From contig CM022669.1 of assembly GCA_012295275.1 (NCBI GenBank), forward strand, positions 16,864,001 through 16,928,000: 64,000 nucleotides of DNA, in the 5' to 3' direction. The notes beneath the pieces are model-generated. The model was not told where the DNA came from. It made no database searches and was given only the letters and a program-made list of their open reading frames with translations. Below, piece by piece: positions 18,068-40,551 of this stretch; positions within the stretch are counted from its first letter, which is position 1, and the number at the start of each line of letters is the position of its first letter. The translations under genes and the position numbers were made by a program. Source of the stretch: Chrysomallon squamiferum. Taxonomy: Eukaryota > Animalia > Mollusca.

Positions 18068-18280
18068 AGGTATGACTGATAGCAGATCATCACGTCACAG
18101 GGCTACAGCTTTTGGGATGGTGCAGTCAAAAGATTCCTTATTGCTAATTGAAATGAATAATCCATTGTGTCTGCAGCAGTTTTCCTCTGCATGTGAGTGA
18201 TCATTAACCATGGTTATGTGTAAAACATAACTAGGTAAATGCTTCATGTTTCATTAAATAACATATGTGTTCCATCATCT
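18068..18280 (+). mobile_element. Decayed SINE central/3' fragment (V-SINE/MetaSINE-like conserved domain)
   Basis: GGGATGGTGCAGTCAAAAGATTCCTTATTGCTAATTGAAA...GCAGTTTTCCTCT...CATTAACCATGG resembles a conserved SINE central domain as I recall it (GGGATGGTGCATATAAAAGATCCCTTGCTGCTAAT). Not database-checked. Confidence 0.5.
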
Positions 18281-18687
18281 TAGTCACTAAATTTTAAGAA
18301 TATCATTTTCAGCAGATCTTGTTTCTTTTTTATCCTTTTTTTTTTTTTTTTTTATTTTTTTTATTCTTGTTATTATTATTTTGTTGTTTTTGTTTATGTG
18401 TGTGTGTGTTTATATATTACTATTTTTTTGTTTATTATTATTATTATTTATTTATTTTTTGACATTAATTTTTATACAAAGGGTAGGTGGGGATAGTTTT
18501 TTTCTTATTCTGCACAAAGGGAGGTGGGAAATTATGAGACATGCTTGATGTAATTTTGCATGTCGACAATCAATCATTTTATTAAACTTTTTCTGGTATT
18601 TATTATTTGTTAGTAATATATTAATTCAGTTAGAACGGTTATTGTGACAACTGGAAACTGGTTTTATTTTATTTTTTTTTTTTTTTT

Positions 18688-18754
<67 letters not shown>

Positions 18755-19532
18755 TATTATTAATACTAATACTTTATTATTATTTACATCATTTTATTAA
18801 CAAATATTTGTTGTATGTGTGAAAATACGAAAAAGAGAATTACATGTTGGCAAATTAAAATAAAATATATATTACTTACAAGTTACTGTATTTTATTATT
18901 ACTTTATGTTTTTTATTTTATTTTTTTTTTTTTTATTTTTTTTTTTTTATTCTGTTTTTTTTAATATTTTGCTAAAACACATTCTTTTGTTTACGTAACA
19001 TATACTGAAGGAAGTTGAATTTTTAAAAAGGAATTGGGTTAGAATCTGACTAGTTATAGAACAATTTCCAAGTTTTTGAATATTTTTAATACAAATTTTG
19101 CATTCTGATTCCTCATTTATAATAATAATGTAAATGTGAAGGAATATTATTTTGTTTAAATTTTGCCATTACTCAATCCATCCAACAGTTTGTGCATCTT
19201 CTGTTTTGGTAAGATCATGTAGTCAGTAGAGAGTGATGAACTTAATTACTGACATTATTAAGTTGATTACTTAATATTTTATCAGATTTATTTCATTAAT
19301 TTGGTAGTTGCTTTATTTTGATGAAATATCTTATTCACGACTTTTAGGGAACAGCTGAAAGCTTGAAATAATTAGATACATTTTCCATCCAACATTGTTT
19401 ATGCATTTATATAGTTACTGTATATTAAAATGTGTTTTGTTAATTTCAGGGGGTTTTTTTTTTTTTTTTTTTTTATAAGGTTAAATAAGGGGGAAAAACT
19501 TGATAACATACCATTTTTTATAGTTCATCTTC

Positions 19533-19572
<40 letters not shown>

Positions 19573-20804
19573 TTATTTCATTCTTGTTGATTTAGCAGTG
19601 AAGAATTTTCATCAAAATATAAACTGTAGTTGCTAGTGTCATGGTGTATTTATGTTAGATTAAGGCATATGGCTGATAAAACACAAGAATTGGCAGATGT
19701 GCTGGTATTTTTATTTTTATTGTAAATATCTGTACTTTCAGATTGCAGGAAAGTAAAGAATTATTAACATTTCTGAATACTTATTGATGTACAGTCTGAA
19801 AATCTGGGTTTAGTTGCAGGTGTTGCATGGATTATGGTACATATATACATATGTATATTATATGGATTTAAGGACATCTAAACAGAAGAGCAAAGATGTT
19901 TTCACACACACACACACGCACAGACACATTGATTGATAGAACAGCTCAACTGAGTTCAGGACAAACTGTATAATAACTAATCATGATAAAACTAACTAGT
20001 TCAATTAAAGAAGTATAAAACAAAATTTCAGTGGTATAGTTTTACAAAAAGTTCAGAGACAACACAAATTAGCTAACTGAATGAAAAAAAAAATAGAACT
20101 TAATTTTATTACAGTTTTTGTTTGTCGTATCTGCCCATCTATATACAGAAGTTTATCTCATGTGTGAAATGTTTGTGAAACAAGAATGAGACAGTTAACT
20201 GTAACAGTTTTGTCCTCTGGGTTAAATTGGTGAACTAGTCACTATGACTGGAAGCAGTACACTTGCATGAGATAACATTACAAAACATCTGCTCATTTTA
20301 CACTGTTTTTCTCACGGTACAGTTTTATTTTATTTAAAAGTAATGATATGAATGAATAAATTCATTTTCTTAGTGATATAGAATGTTGAACAGACAGGCA
20401 TACACATGCACGTAATATGATACAATGTTAATGTACTTAAAATTACCATGCTATCATGTTCTTCTATATAGTTGTTACACAAAATAATCTACTTATCTTT
20501 TGACACTTAGTTCCTGTTTTACTCTTGAGCTTTAGAAATGTAGCTAAGAACCATATATGAAAATTAATTTTGACAACTATTAATATTACATTCATTGTTT
20601 ACAGATGTCTGTCTGTGCGTGTATGAATGAGTGAGTGAATTGCAGTAATTTAATTCAGTTTACAGTCTTTGAAACAGGAAATAAAGTGAATTAAAACAAC
20701 AGAGATTACATCTCTTGTAATATATGGCTGACTAAGATTTTTTTTGGAGGATGTGTATCTAACTGTTGATGCTCAAAAAGTGCTGATGGAATTTTATTTA
20801 TTAA

Positions 20805-20848
<44 letters not shown>

Positions 20849-22259
20849 TACATTATAATTAAAGTGGGTTCATTGTAGTGTTATTATTATTGTTTTTGTT
20901 ATTACTATTATTATTAATTTTTGTTTGTTTGTTTGTACATAATTAAATAATGCACATTTTGATTTGGTAATTATGGTGTACATAATATGGAGTATAACAT
21001 AAAAAACATATTCTTGAACTGAAGGTGTTTGTACTTTTTTTTTTTCTTATTTCTCATCTGTAGATTATTTTCTTTTAATTTCTGCAAGCCAGTCATGTCA
21101 TCATTATCTGGGAGATGATTATCTGACATGACATGTTCCAACCTTTGCTCTGTGACATTGTGTTTGTTTTCCTTTCTACAGGAAAGTTTCTCTGTAAGAG
21201 AACTAAGTAATGAGGTTCATGGAGATATGACAGTGGGCTTTGCTTTATTGTCATAAGATAAAATAAAAATAAAAATAATAATATTAAAACTGTACCTGTT
21301 ACAAAGATGTTGAGCTGTTGTAAATTCATTAATTTTCTGTGATAAATTTCAAATGAAGAGGTTGAAAAAGAAGAAATAATAATATGGTAAATAAAAAAAA
21401 ATTAAAGAGACAATGTGCTGAATAATCATGAACATGAAATCAGGAGGAGCAGGGCAAAGCAGCTCTCCAATTCAAGCTAAGCAAGAAGAAATTGGTATTT
21501 GAGGTTTTGTCTGTATAATTTCAAGGAAATCAATCCTTTATCCAGAGTTTCATTGGAATAATATCTGCATTATAATTGTGTTATTCATAAAATAAAATAA
21601 AATAAAAACTCGTTTTCAAGGGAAGTAACTCTTAAGAACTAGTGTGTTTATAAGAGTTATCGTTCGTGGAATGAAATGCTGCATTTAACGAAGCACTCGA
21701 TATGTATATGGCATAAACACTTTAATGAGAGAGGATACAAAGAAAATAAAGAGACCAGTGAAGTAGCACTGACGGATTCTACTCAAAAATAATAATGCAG
21801 GGTTGTAATCATTCTGCTTCTGTTAATTTACCACGGAGAACACGAAGAACCAGAAAGATGGTTCCAATATTTGTCAGTCATCATTTATATATATATACAG
21901 TTTCTTTAATTCTATGATAAATAGTTGTATGTTATTTCTTATAGGCCTGCATATTGAATTATTGGTCCAGAATGAATATCTGAAAAACCAGTTTAATTTT
22001 TTTATATATATTTTTTTTTTAAATTTTTTTTTTGCTTAAACTTGTATTTCTCTCCTAACTACTCCACCCTGAGTGAATAAATGAAAAACCAAGTTTTAAA
22101 CGAACCTAACAATGGCCTGAAACATAAAGAGAAAGGAACAAAAACAATTAGTATTGAGTATACATGTTAAACAAACCTGCAGAGGATTTGACACTAACTT
22201 GTTCAGAACAGAGAAATTCTGTGATCGTAAGCTAATCTTAATGCTGCAGTCCGCCTGAT

Positions 22260-22416
<157 letters not shown>

Positions 22417-23449
22417 ATTTTGTTGTTGTTTTTGCTGTTATTATTGTTAATATTTAGGAAGACAGATATATGGACGAAAGATTGGACAAAGAGTCGAACG
22501 TGGTTTATAACGGCAGTGAAATGAAAGGTATGTGTAAAAGGTAGGTTGAAAATATCCGAATTAGGAAGGTACACACAAAAGATACATCTGCGGATGTCAG
22601 TTCACTATAGGCACGGCTTAAATAACAGGCTTTTAAACAAACATACCTTTCATTTCATTGGAACCGTTTTTCACGTTTTACAAACGTATCCGGCATTGAT
22701 GTACCTTGTAGTTTATTCATCTGTTTTATAGCCATACTTTATGAAAACAAGCGTTTTGAAATGTCAGCTATTTTTAGATTGTATTGTTTGTCCAATGCAC
22801 TTTTGTCGGGAATAGTAATTTATGATTTATTTGATGATGAAATAAATAAATCAAACTAAAAATATTAAATAAATAAAGAAAAAAAAATTCGGTCACTTCA
22901 CAAATATTCAGAATTTTTTTTTCCGTTGAAAACATTCCAAGGGATATAATTCTTGACTGTACTGAAATGCTTTCCTCTGTGTGTTTGTGTGTGTGTATGT
23001 ATGTATGTATCTTTGTCATTGTGTGTGTGTGTGTATTTGTCTCTGTGTGTATGAACATTCTGTTTCACCCGAACATAACGTTTATTTGATTTAGCTAAGT
23101 CGCAATTAATCATTTGATTTAAAAAATATCTTTCCTTTCTGTTTTTATTTATTTATTATTATTAATATTTTTTCTAATTATAATCTTTAATATAAAAAAA
23201 AAAAAAAAAAAAAAGAAGAAGAAAAATAAAATATAAGCCCCCAAATAATAATAATAATTTTTAAAAAGAAAAAAAGAAAAAGCAATAATAAAACAAGAAT
23301 CGAAACTACACAGAAAACGATTTTGCATTTCAGCTACTACAACATTTTTAAAAAGCGTGTCTCCATCAACAACATCAAAACACGACGCATCCTACACAGA
23401 TTAGGAAGTAAAACCATGAAGGAATTCACCTTGTCAATGTCCGCTCAAG

Positions 23450-23680
23450 AATTTCGGCCGATAGTTTGGGATTCGCGACGCGGACGAGACTAAAGGCGTA
23501 CGACAGACTTGTGGCCACCGTTCATCACGTACGGACGCTGCGGATTGACTCGTTTAAGCGGAGTGCGTCGTAAAATAAACTCGCGAATCACCTGTCTCGA
23601 CATGGCGGTGTTAGTACGCTCACGCGCCTATTTAAGCCGGGAATGTTGACTCAGAACTTCACTGTCTTAGTTATAATTCG
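23450..23680 (+). promoter_or_regulatory. CpG-rich putative core promoter of the deacetylase gene
   Basis: Locally CpG-rich patch in an AT-rich background. TATA-like TATTTAA at 23629-23635 and Inr-like TCACT ~30 nt downstream at 23659. Confidence 0.45.
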
Positions 23681-24009
23681 TCGCAGACGCTGTTTGTTAA
23701 TAGACCTGTGTTTCAAGACGGACTCGTTTGCTGTTTTTGAGAGCCGCATTCGCGATTCGTGACCGAAAGAGTCGAAAACTTGAAAGGTCTTCGTAAACGG
23801 TGATCTTTTAGTTAGCTGGTGAAAAGTTTGTTAGTTTTGAACAATTTCCTTCGACCTTATTTCTGTTTTCACGCAGCCATTGTTGTTGTGTAGCTATACC
23901 TCCATTTGGAATGTGATTAATATACTTTTCTTTTAAATTAAAAAAAATCAACTCATTATTGTGTTTTTAAGTTGGATAACTGTGATAGAGAAGAAAACAG
24001 GAGAGAAAA

Positions 24010-25398
24010 ATGATGACAAAGGAAGTACTGGGTTCTCCTGCTCTGTTTTCTGCACTGGAACTGCTGCTGGTGTTGACAATGGTCAGTGCAAACTCTGTGG
24101 CGGATCGGTGTACGTCCTACAACTGCAAACTCCCAGACTGCCGATGTCCCGGACACAACGTGCCTGGCGGTCTCAAACAAGAGGAGGTGCCTCAGATGAT
24201 TCTCATTACGTTCGACGACGCCGTCAACTGGGACAACTGGGACTTTTATCGAGAGCTGTTTCCACCAGACTTAAGTCGCGTCAACCCAAATGGCTGTCCG
24301 ATCTCTACAACCCTTTTCGTGTCCAATAACTTTACAGATTACTGCATGGTAAAGAAGCTTCACGCAAGAGGGATTGAGATAGCCGACCACAGCGTTACTC
24401 ATCGACTGCCCCACGAATGGTGGAGCGAAACAGAGGATGATGATTTAGAATATGAGATTCTGAAACAGCGCGACAATCTGGCTCGGCTGGCTAACATTCC
24501 TATTGAGGACATCCGCGGCTGGAGAAGTCCGTTTCTGCAGCCCACGGGAGACACGATGTTTGATATTCTGTTCAAGAATAATTTCACATACGACGCCACG
24601 ATGACATATCCTTTTCCCAGAAACCTCTATTCGCCCGTGATGTGGCCGTTCACACTGGATTACTCGTATACCTTGGTTTGCAACATCGAACCCTGCCCTA
24701 AGAAATCTTACCCAGGTTTGTGGATTATTCCCGTCGTTAATATCATGGATTACAGAGAACATCTTCCGTGCGCTTACATCGACTTCTGCAAAAACGTTCC
24801 ACGAAATGAAGACGAGGCTTTCCAGATGCTCTGGAAGAACTTTCTACGAAACTATCGTACAAACCGCGCTCCTTTGTATGTTAACCTCCATTCAGTGTGG
24901 CTGCAGACTAAACACAATTTCGACGCCATGAACGAATTCATTCTTCGCCTGATGTCAATGAACGACACGTACATCGTAACTGTAAGCCAGGCCATCGAGT
25001 GGATTAAGAATCCCACTCCTATAAACGAACTGAAAAACTTTAAGGCTTGGAGCTGTGTCAAAGAGCCCAACAGAGAGGACAAAGCGTTTTGCTCGTTCAC
25101 TTTTAAACCCATCGTAACGAGCAAATCGCCGGAAACAACAACTCAGAATGACCGCAGAGACAAACAGCCAAACAAGAAAGACGCCGTGGTTGACAAAAAC
25201 TCTTTAGACGATACAGAAAAGAGACTGTCTAACGTGAAAGACCACGAAGAACACGACCATCATAACGAGAAAAGACGAAAACATCGACCTTGGTTTCTGA
25301 AGAATTCTGCATCCGGTGATTCGCAATTTACGTCAGTTTTATCTTTATTATGCTTACTGTCATCTTATGTGAATATTCTTATATATCAGAATTTATAA
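24010..25398 (+). CDS. Secreted chitin/polysaccharide deacetylase (CE4/NodB, animal CDA-like), single coding exon, probable GPI-anchor signal
   Basis: 462-aa ORF with a hydrophobic N-terminal signal and CxLPDCRC..PGGL..VPQMILITFDDAVN (motif 1). Also NPNGCPI, EIADHSVTH (metal-binding His pair), GWRSPFL, WPFTLDY and APLYVNLH. Ends in a charged linker and NSASG followed by a hydrophobic C-terminus. Confidence 0.92.
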   Translation: MMTKEVLGSPALFSALELLLVLTMVSANSVADRCTSYNCKLPDCRCPGHNVPGGLKQEEVPQMILITFDDAVNWDNWDFYRELFPPDLSRVNPNGCPISTTLFVSNNFTDYCMVKKLHARGIEIADHSVTHRLPHEWWSETEDDDLEYEILKQRDNLARLANIPIEDIRGWRSPFLQPTGDTMFDILFKNNFTYDATMTYPFPRNLYSPVMWPFTLDYSYTLVCNIEPCPKKSYPGLWIIPVVNIMDYREHLPCAYIDFCKNVPRNEDEAFQMLWKNFLRNYRTNRAPLYVNLHSVWLQTKHNFDAMNEFILRLMSMNDTYIVTVSQAIEWIKNPTPINELKNFKAWSCVKEPNREDKAFCSFTFKPIVTSKSPETTTQNDRRDKQPNKKDAVVDKNSLDDTEKRLSNVKDHEEHDHHNEKRRKHRPWFLKNSASGDSQFTSVLSLLCLLSSYVNILIYQNL

Positions 25399-25782
25399 TG
25401 ATTCCTAAGAGAGTAACCATCAATTGATATTTAGTTGTTATTTTTCAGTCTAAAATTGTAGCTACGTTCCTTTCCTTTTCGTTAACTGTTTATGTAATGA
25501 TGTTTTCTGTTCTTTCAGTTATAATTTTATTTGTTTTTGGCAGTATTTGGTAAAAGCACCCAGCTTATGAGAATACCTGAAAATTAAAAAATGTTCTTTC
25601 CATTCATCTTAAAATTACATCGTACATTGTACGGTACATTAAAATGTAGAAATAATTCATTCGCTTCTGCACTGTTTTCTTTTTTTTTCTTTTCTTTTTC
25701 TTTTTTTTTTGATTATGTTTTCAAATTTGTCTATTTATAGTATAGCAAAAATAATTATCATTTGATCATTTTTATTTAATTT

Positions 25783-25813
<31 letters not shown>

Positions 25814-26781
25814 TTTTAAATCGCTAAAGAGCGCTCATTCAAAATTTAAAATGGCAATAACTGGTAAACATCGATAGAAGTCGAAATAATTTTCATTTGC
25901 ATAATTTATTCGGGAATAATACTTTCGAGGTTACCCTCGTAAGCTGAATCGTGACTGTCATAATGGATTTTATTTTATTTCTTAGTTTTAATACCAGTAA
26001 CGAACTTAGGCATGAATACTCATGTAAATTTACAGGCTGACTCCTATAAGGTCGAAACCAAGTGTACATTATACGTCCATAATGCATTTTATAAATAAGG
26101 TCAAACCTCATTGTGTAACCTTTAAATTCTTAGATCTATTATAAATTATATTATTTAATTTGACATAAATGTATATTAGTTACTTTTCTCTAGACTGTTT
26201 CTTCGCATCATCAAATGTTGTACACTTTGAAAATCATGAAAAAAAAAAAAATATTTGCATTTATTAATTCTACTGACGATTATTTAACTGAATGTTTTAT
26301 TTTTATGTCTGTTTCTCCCGTCTATCTTTTCAATCTGTCTATCTGAATGTCTATCTATTCATCTGCTTATCTATCTGTCTGTCTGTCTATCTTTCTATCT
26401 ATCTATATGCCTGTTTAACGTATCTACGTACCTACCTACCTATCTAGCTATTTATTCATTAGTTTTCTCTGTGTGTGTCTGTGTGTTTGCCTACCAATAC
26501 ACCGATGTCTGTTTGATTTCTCTCTTTCTCCTGTTTAATTATTTGTCAGTCTTTCTCGTCCTATCATCTATGTGTCTGTTTATCTATCTAAATCTAATCA
26601 ATTCATTTACATGTTCGTGTAAACAGTAGACTGCTGAATTATTTCTACTTCATATTATAAACGGTCACGCAATTATACTCAAAAAAACCCAGACCATAAT
26701 TACTTTATTTAGAAATAGTAGCTGCTTAGAATAATTCGTCTTTGTTTTCTAATTAATTAATTTAGAGATATGTACGTATTT

Positions 26782-26823
<42 letters not shown>

Positions 26824-27446
26824 ATCATTTTAAAATTATTTATTTTGTATTATTATAAAGATAAACAGTAAATTATTTTGTGTGCATAACAATTAATTTT
26901 GTATTAAAATATTTAGTTTGTCGGCTATATATATTTTTTTCTCTAAATATGTGTCTGTGTGTGTGTGTGTTTGTGTAAGAGATAGACGGAGATAGAGAGC
27001 TCCAAAACAAAAACTATTACGTAATGTACCTCATGCAAATAGGCAGGTACAGTAACGAAAATAACACCCGGTGCCTTCTGGCATCTGAATATGGAGCTTG
27101 GACTGTTTTGGATTTATACTGATTATGTAAATAGTTATCCATAGTGCAATTTTTTTTTTTTTTTTTTTCCTTTTTGCATTTTAATTATAAAATGTACTTT
27201 TTGTAAGTTTCTTTATCGATTTTGGAACATTTTGCATCAATACATTGAAGAACCATGGAAATAAAGATTAAATCCTTTCTCGTTTCATGTCGTTTATTTA
27301 TTTATTTATTCAAATACTTTTTTTGTTTGTCATTCATTAAATACTACTGCTACTACTGTTTTTACTGTTATCAAAATATCCAATCTTTTTATTATATGTG
27401 TGTGTGTATTTTTGATTCATTTCATTTTTATTTTATTATTATTTTA

Positions 27447-27477
<31 letters not shown>

Positions 27478-27962
27478 TTTAACTTCCCTTTCTTTACTAC
27501 TTTCCTAAAATTTTATCTGCTGGTTGCGTCTGTTTTCACGTAGTGTTCACGTGTCCGCCAACATCGTGCTCTTTAGCAGACGTCAAAACATTCATTATGG
27601 CGGCAGGAAGCGTCAACAAACGAACATTCCAGATTCTTGCAGTTTTCTGTGTTAAATCACGACTGAAGGATTTGAAAACGTTTAGCTGATACAAAACTGT
27701 CGCATTATATCTGCAGTGTGACCTTTTAATAAAGTGGAAGAAAAAAAACTCTCGTGACAAGGACTTGTTAAAAGATACTTTTGGAGACAAGCGGATTTGG
27801 AGAGAAAGTCTGATTTTTAATCCGTTCATGTTGTAGGAAACAGAAGGCGGAAACCGAAATGGTGCGGGGGAAAAAAAAAAAAAAAAAATACGATTGATGA
27901 CGAACTGAATATTAAACGTGTAATTTCTTTACTTGTTTCTTTTTTTTATAATTTTATTTTTA

Positions 27963-27996
<34 letters not shown>

Positions 27997-29214
27997 TTTT
28001 TTTTTTTGATGTTTGTTATTTGTTTAAATATTTTTTCCTTTTCTTTTTAATGTTGGTTTAAATTTTTTTTTTCCCAATGTACAAGAAATTATTGTAAAAC
28101 TAAAATTTTATTAAAAAGAATAGAAATAAATAAAATAAAATAAAATAAAATATATTTAATATTTATTTACCTCTTGCAAATAATATGGCAGTCGTTTTTA
28201 AGCTGTTAATATATTACTATAATTAATTCACGCTTTTAAATGCACATTTTTGTTCAACTGAAATATTTCATTCTTACTGACAAGAATAGAACAGGATGAC
28301 AAACACTGAGGCATATTTGTCTTGATGATTTCCTAGTGTGATTTAAAGAATGTGACAAATGAGATATTTGCATATTAGTGTTAAATGCATCTGAGCCGTG
28401 TTATTTCGACTTAGTGAAGTTTTATCCCTAAAACAACAACAACAAAAAAAGATCTGAAATTAAAAAAAGAAATAAGAAAAGAAAAAAAAAAAAAAGAAAG
28501 AAAGACAGAGAAAAAAAAAAACGAGGATTAAAAACAACGAAAAAACAACAACAGAGACCTTAAAATAAAAGATGCGAAAAATAAAATATAAATGTTACAT
28601 TCAAACTAGTCACGTCTTGTGGAATAGTGTTGTTAACGTTAAAATTTTTAAAATAGAAGTTAAAACCTTAGGTAAACACAAAACTGAAAAAGTCACCGAT
28701 AATAACAATGTCACGTGCTACGAATTTGTGGCAATTATAGCCATATTCAAATGTGCATTACTATTGAAATATCTTGTAATATTAGATTTTTTTACTAGTT
28801 GCATTCATACATTAATATTAACTGAAACCAGGCATGTACGTACTAGTCATTTCAAATATTATTTAGTCAGAGATTTTTTTTTTTTCTTCTTTAATGCAAG
28901 TAACAAACGAACTTATATAAATATCACCTTTGAATAATGTTTTGAATTAGAGTTTAAATATTGCCGACTAAGCTCGGTAGTTCTGAAAATAATTCGAATG
29001 AAAAATTCTTTTTATTATTAGGCAACTTAAGATAACGAATTATTCTTGATCTAGCGTATTAAAACAATTTCATCGCTAAATTTCATTTAAAAATTAGCAT
29101 TTTTCTAAATCGTCATTCACCAATTTTGAAGTTAAATGGGTCTGAAAAAAAAGTGAAAGTTAGTAACTGAAACAAATCTTTATTCTTATTTGAAACAAAC
29201 GTGAAAATAATTCT

Positions 29215-34376
<5,162 letters not shown>

Positions 34377-34561
34377 TTCGTCTGTAGCTTCGTCAAAAAC
34401 AAACTGTTGTTCATACAACTGAAGAGGTGCAATAATTACAAAAATAATAATTTACCAGATGAAAATAAAAACATCTGTGGATGATAGAGGTGGAAACACG
34501 AAATAAATGTCAAATTTAGATCAGAATCAGAGTGAAACAGAGGTGGAGAAAGATCAATACA

Positions 34562-34615
<54 letters not shown>

Positions 34616-35005
34616 CATAATAATAACCATAATACTACTACTACTAATAATAATAATAATAATAACAATAATAAAAAAAACATTAACAAAATTAAAGAAA
34701 CCTCAAAAATAATGATTTAAAAAAAAAAAAAAAAAAACATAGAAGAAGAAAAGAATTAGAAACAAATAAATACAAATTTCTAGTTTAAAAAAAATATTAT
34801 TTTTTTTCAAAAAACCTATGTACTGGTTCAACAATTCTTGTCCAGTGTACTGATTTATAGACATCTTTATTTTGCTCGTTAGACAAGCTAGTAAATATTA
34901 TCGAACTAATCTTATGGAGAAAATAATTTTCTAATCATATACATCGCCTGTCATCCAGAAAGAAAAACAAAAGACAATGCCAGTAATAAACATTTACTGC
35001 TCGAT

Positions 35006-38055
<3,050 letters not shown>

Positions 38056-39207
38056 TTTATCTACGATTTCTTTACCAATAACTTTGTTACGTATTGTATA
38101 AATAAAGACTTTTTCAACAAAACGTACTGTCATTTTCGTGTACAGTTTCTAAGGTTAAAATTATATTAATCGATAAAATAATATTTATAAATAATACAAA
38201 TAACACAAAATATAATAGTAATTGTTAAAGCAAAAACTGAAAAATGTTTATTACAATAAATATAGAACAGTGTATATAATTCATAATAATTTTCATCTGT
38301 TACCTTATTTACATACAACAAACCTTTTTTTATTATTTTTTTATTTTATATTCAATTAAATTAATATTTTTATTTATTTTTTTAGATATTTATTATATCA
38401 GAATATGTCACGGGATTTTTATGAATACAGTTTCGAAAAAAAAAAAAATGCATTCATATTTGTTATGCATTCATATTTCTTTGCGAAAAAAAGAAATACT
38501 ATTAGAATGTTACTATTATCAGATATGTCTACATCATATCATTTTATATTTTGTATTGTTTAGTTGCATGGGGTTTTATTGAAGTTTTCTTTTACATTCT
38601 GTTACATACCCTATATATAGTTTTGTTATTGCTATTGTTAGCTACTATAGCAGCACACTGCATCAAGAAATGCACCAATAATTTAAGCGCAAAAAAAATG
38701 TTGTATCTTCTGATTTGGAAACAAGAGAATAAATAACCAAATAAAATTCGGAATATTTATTGAACTTCTTTAAACTTAATAATTATTAGTGTACACGTAT
38801 AATCCGCCATCACCCTTCAAGGTGTTCTTAACAAATGGTAATGTTGTAAATAAGATTCATTTGTAGACGTACTATAACTGAAATGTACGTATCATGTGCA
38901 TGATGATATCGTCGCAGTGTCTAAACACCTTAAGAATGGTTTGATGCCGTCATAAGTGTCAGTACGCATGTAAGTTTAATTTTTTGGAATGCTGTTTTCA
39001 GAAATTAACATATTTCTGACTTAATACGCATCGTTTTTAGGATATGTTTTGTTTTCTTCTAAAAAGCACTTTGCAATGTTTTATTTTAATCATAAGTATT
39101 TTTTTTTGTGTGTGTGTTTAAATTCAAATTCAGTTGCTGTAACTCTATTGTAAACATAAATTCTATTAGCGTAATCTAATGTTGTATATTGTGTAATAGT
39201 TGTACTT

Positions 39208-39309
<102 letters not shown>

Positions 39310-40205
39310 GTTACTTATCTTTCTTTCTCTGTACACTGTTGTTCCTATTGTTGTGTTGTTTCTTTTCTGAGGACATCTAGTCAGGAACATTTCGAGAGTA
39401 AAGAAGAAATCCAGAAGACAATTCAGTTCTGATACGAATACCAAAACGCGATCTCAAAATTAGGATTTCTTAATATCCATTTAACAGATGATTAGATTCA
39501 ATGGATTCAATATTTACATTAAAGAGATAATAATAAAAAATTAAAAATGCAGTAGATACAACAATATTTAGACTTAATTATATTCTTATTTTTTATTTTG
39601 TTTTACGTTTCGTTTATCATTTTTTTAATAGTCGTATCTACAGTACCTTCATCATAATAAATAATAACAATAAAGATGATGAGAATAATATTAATAATGA
39701 TGCTATTAACAGTCAAGGTGCTTTTTATGAGTTTCAAATATTTTGTCTAAATTTACTTTATAGCATTTAAATTATGTATATGATATAGATTAGATCTTCA
39801 TCTGTGACTAGCACATGTTAATAGATCAGATCTCGCATGATAAGGTATCCGTTATTTGCATTATGCATCAGATAAAATTGTATGAAACTTTGAATGGGTA
39901 CTGAAGAAATTATAGACAAAATTCTTTTTTTTTGTTATTTACCTGGAGCTGTGTTGTTATTCAGTATATGATTTAGACGTAGTAGTGGTAGACGTGTAAC
40001 CGTTAAACAGAAACAGATCCTGAACACAGTTGTTTACTATTGTGGTAGTAAATTCTTTAGATGAAACCGTGAAATGACATAAAATTTAAAACGATATGTA
40101 ATATATCGCTGATAATGGAAATGTTCTTTTCCACTGATAACAATCAATATCGATATATATATATATATTATATGTAAATAGAAATATATTACTTACTTAC
40201 TTAAG

Positions 40206-40290
<85 letters not shown>

Positions 40291-40387
40291 CAATGTTTAT
40301 ATGTGTGTTTATTATATATGAGTGCGGTATATATCTATGGTATAATATGAATGTGTCATATATGTCGATATATGTATATCATTCAAT

Positions 40388-40551
40388 TTTATTTCAGTTT
40401 ATTTATAAAACTGAAAACGTTTCTGAAGTGTCAACCAAATATGAACGTGACTCATCAAACACTAACAACAGAATTTGGAAACAGTGTGTCTATGTCGACT
40501 GATCATTTTATCTTTGTCTCCAAAAATAACAACTCAGCTGACATGGTAGCT
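40388..40551 (+). pseudogene. Inverted orphan copy of the Hint (T/S)xxH exon
   Basis: Plus-strand KLKTFLKCQPNMNVTHQTLTTEFGNSVSMSTDHFIFVSKNNNSADMVA, opposite in orientation to all five genes. The TTTTATTTCAG acceptor is retained, ~16 nt are missing just after it, and the splice donor is lost. Confidence 0.85.

Noticed and set aside
14733-22200. Additional gene in the long AT-rich stretch after GOLPH3
   Set aside because: No consistent exon chain was found. It is probably 3' UTR plus intergenic DNA, and the poly(A) site cannot be determined from sequence alone.
24399-25124. Antisense and alternate-frame ORFs over the deacetylase (likewise over GOLPH3 and the Hint exons)
   Set aside because: They are shadow frames of real coding exons with no independent signal.
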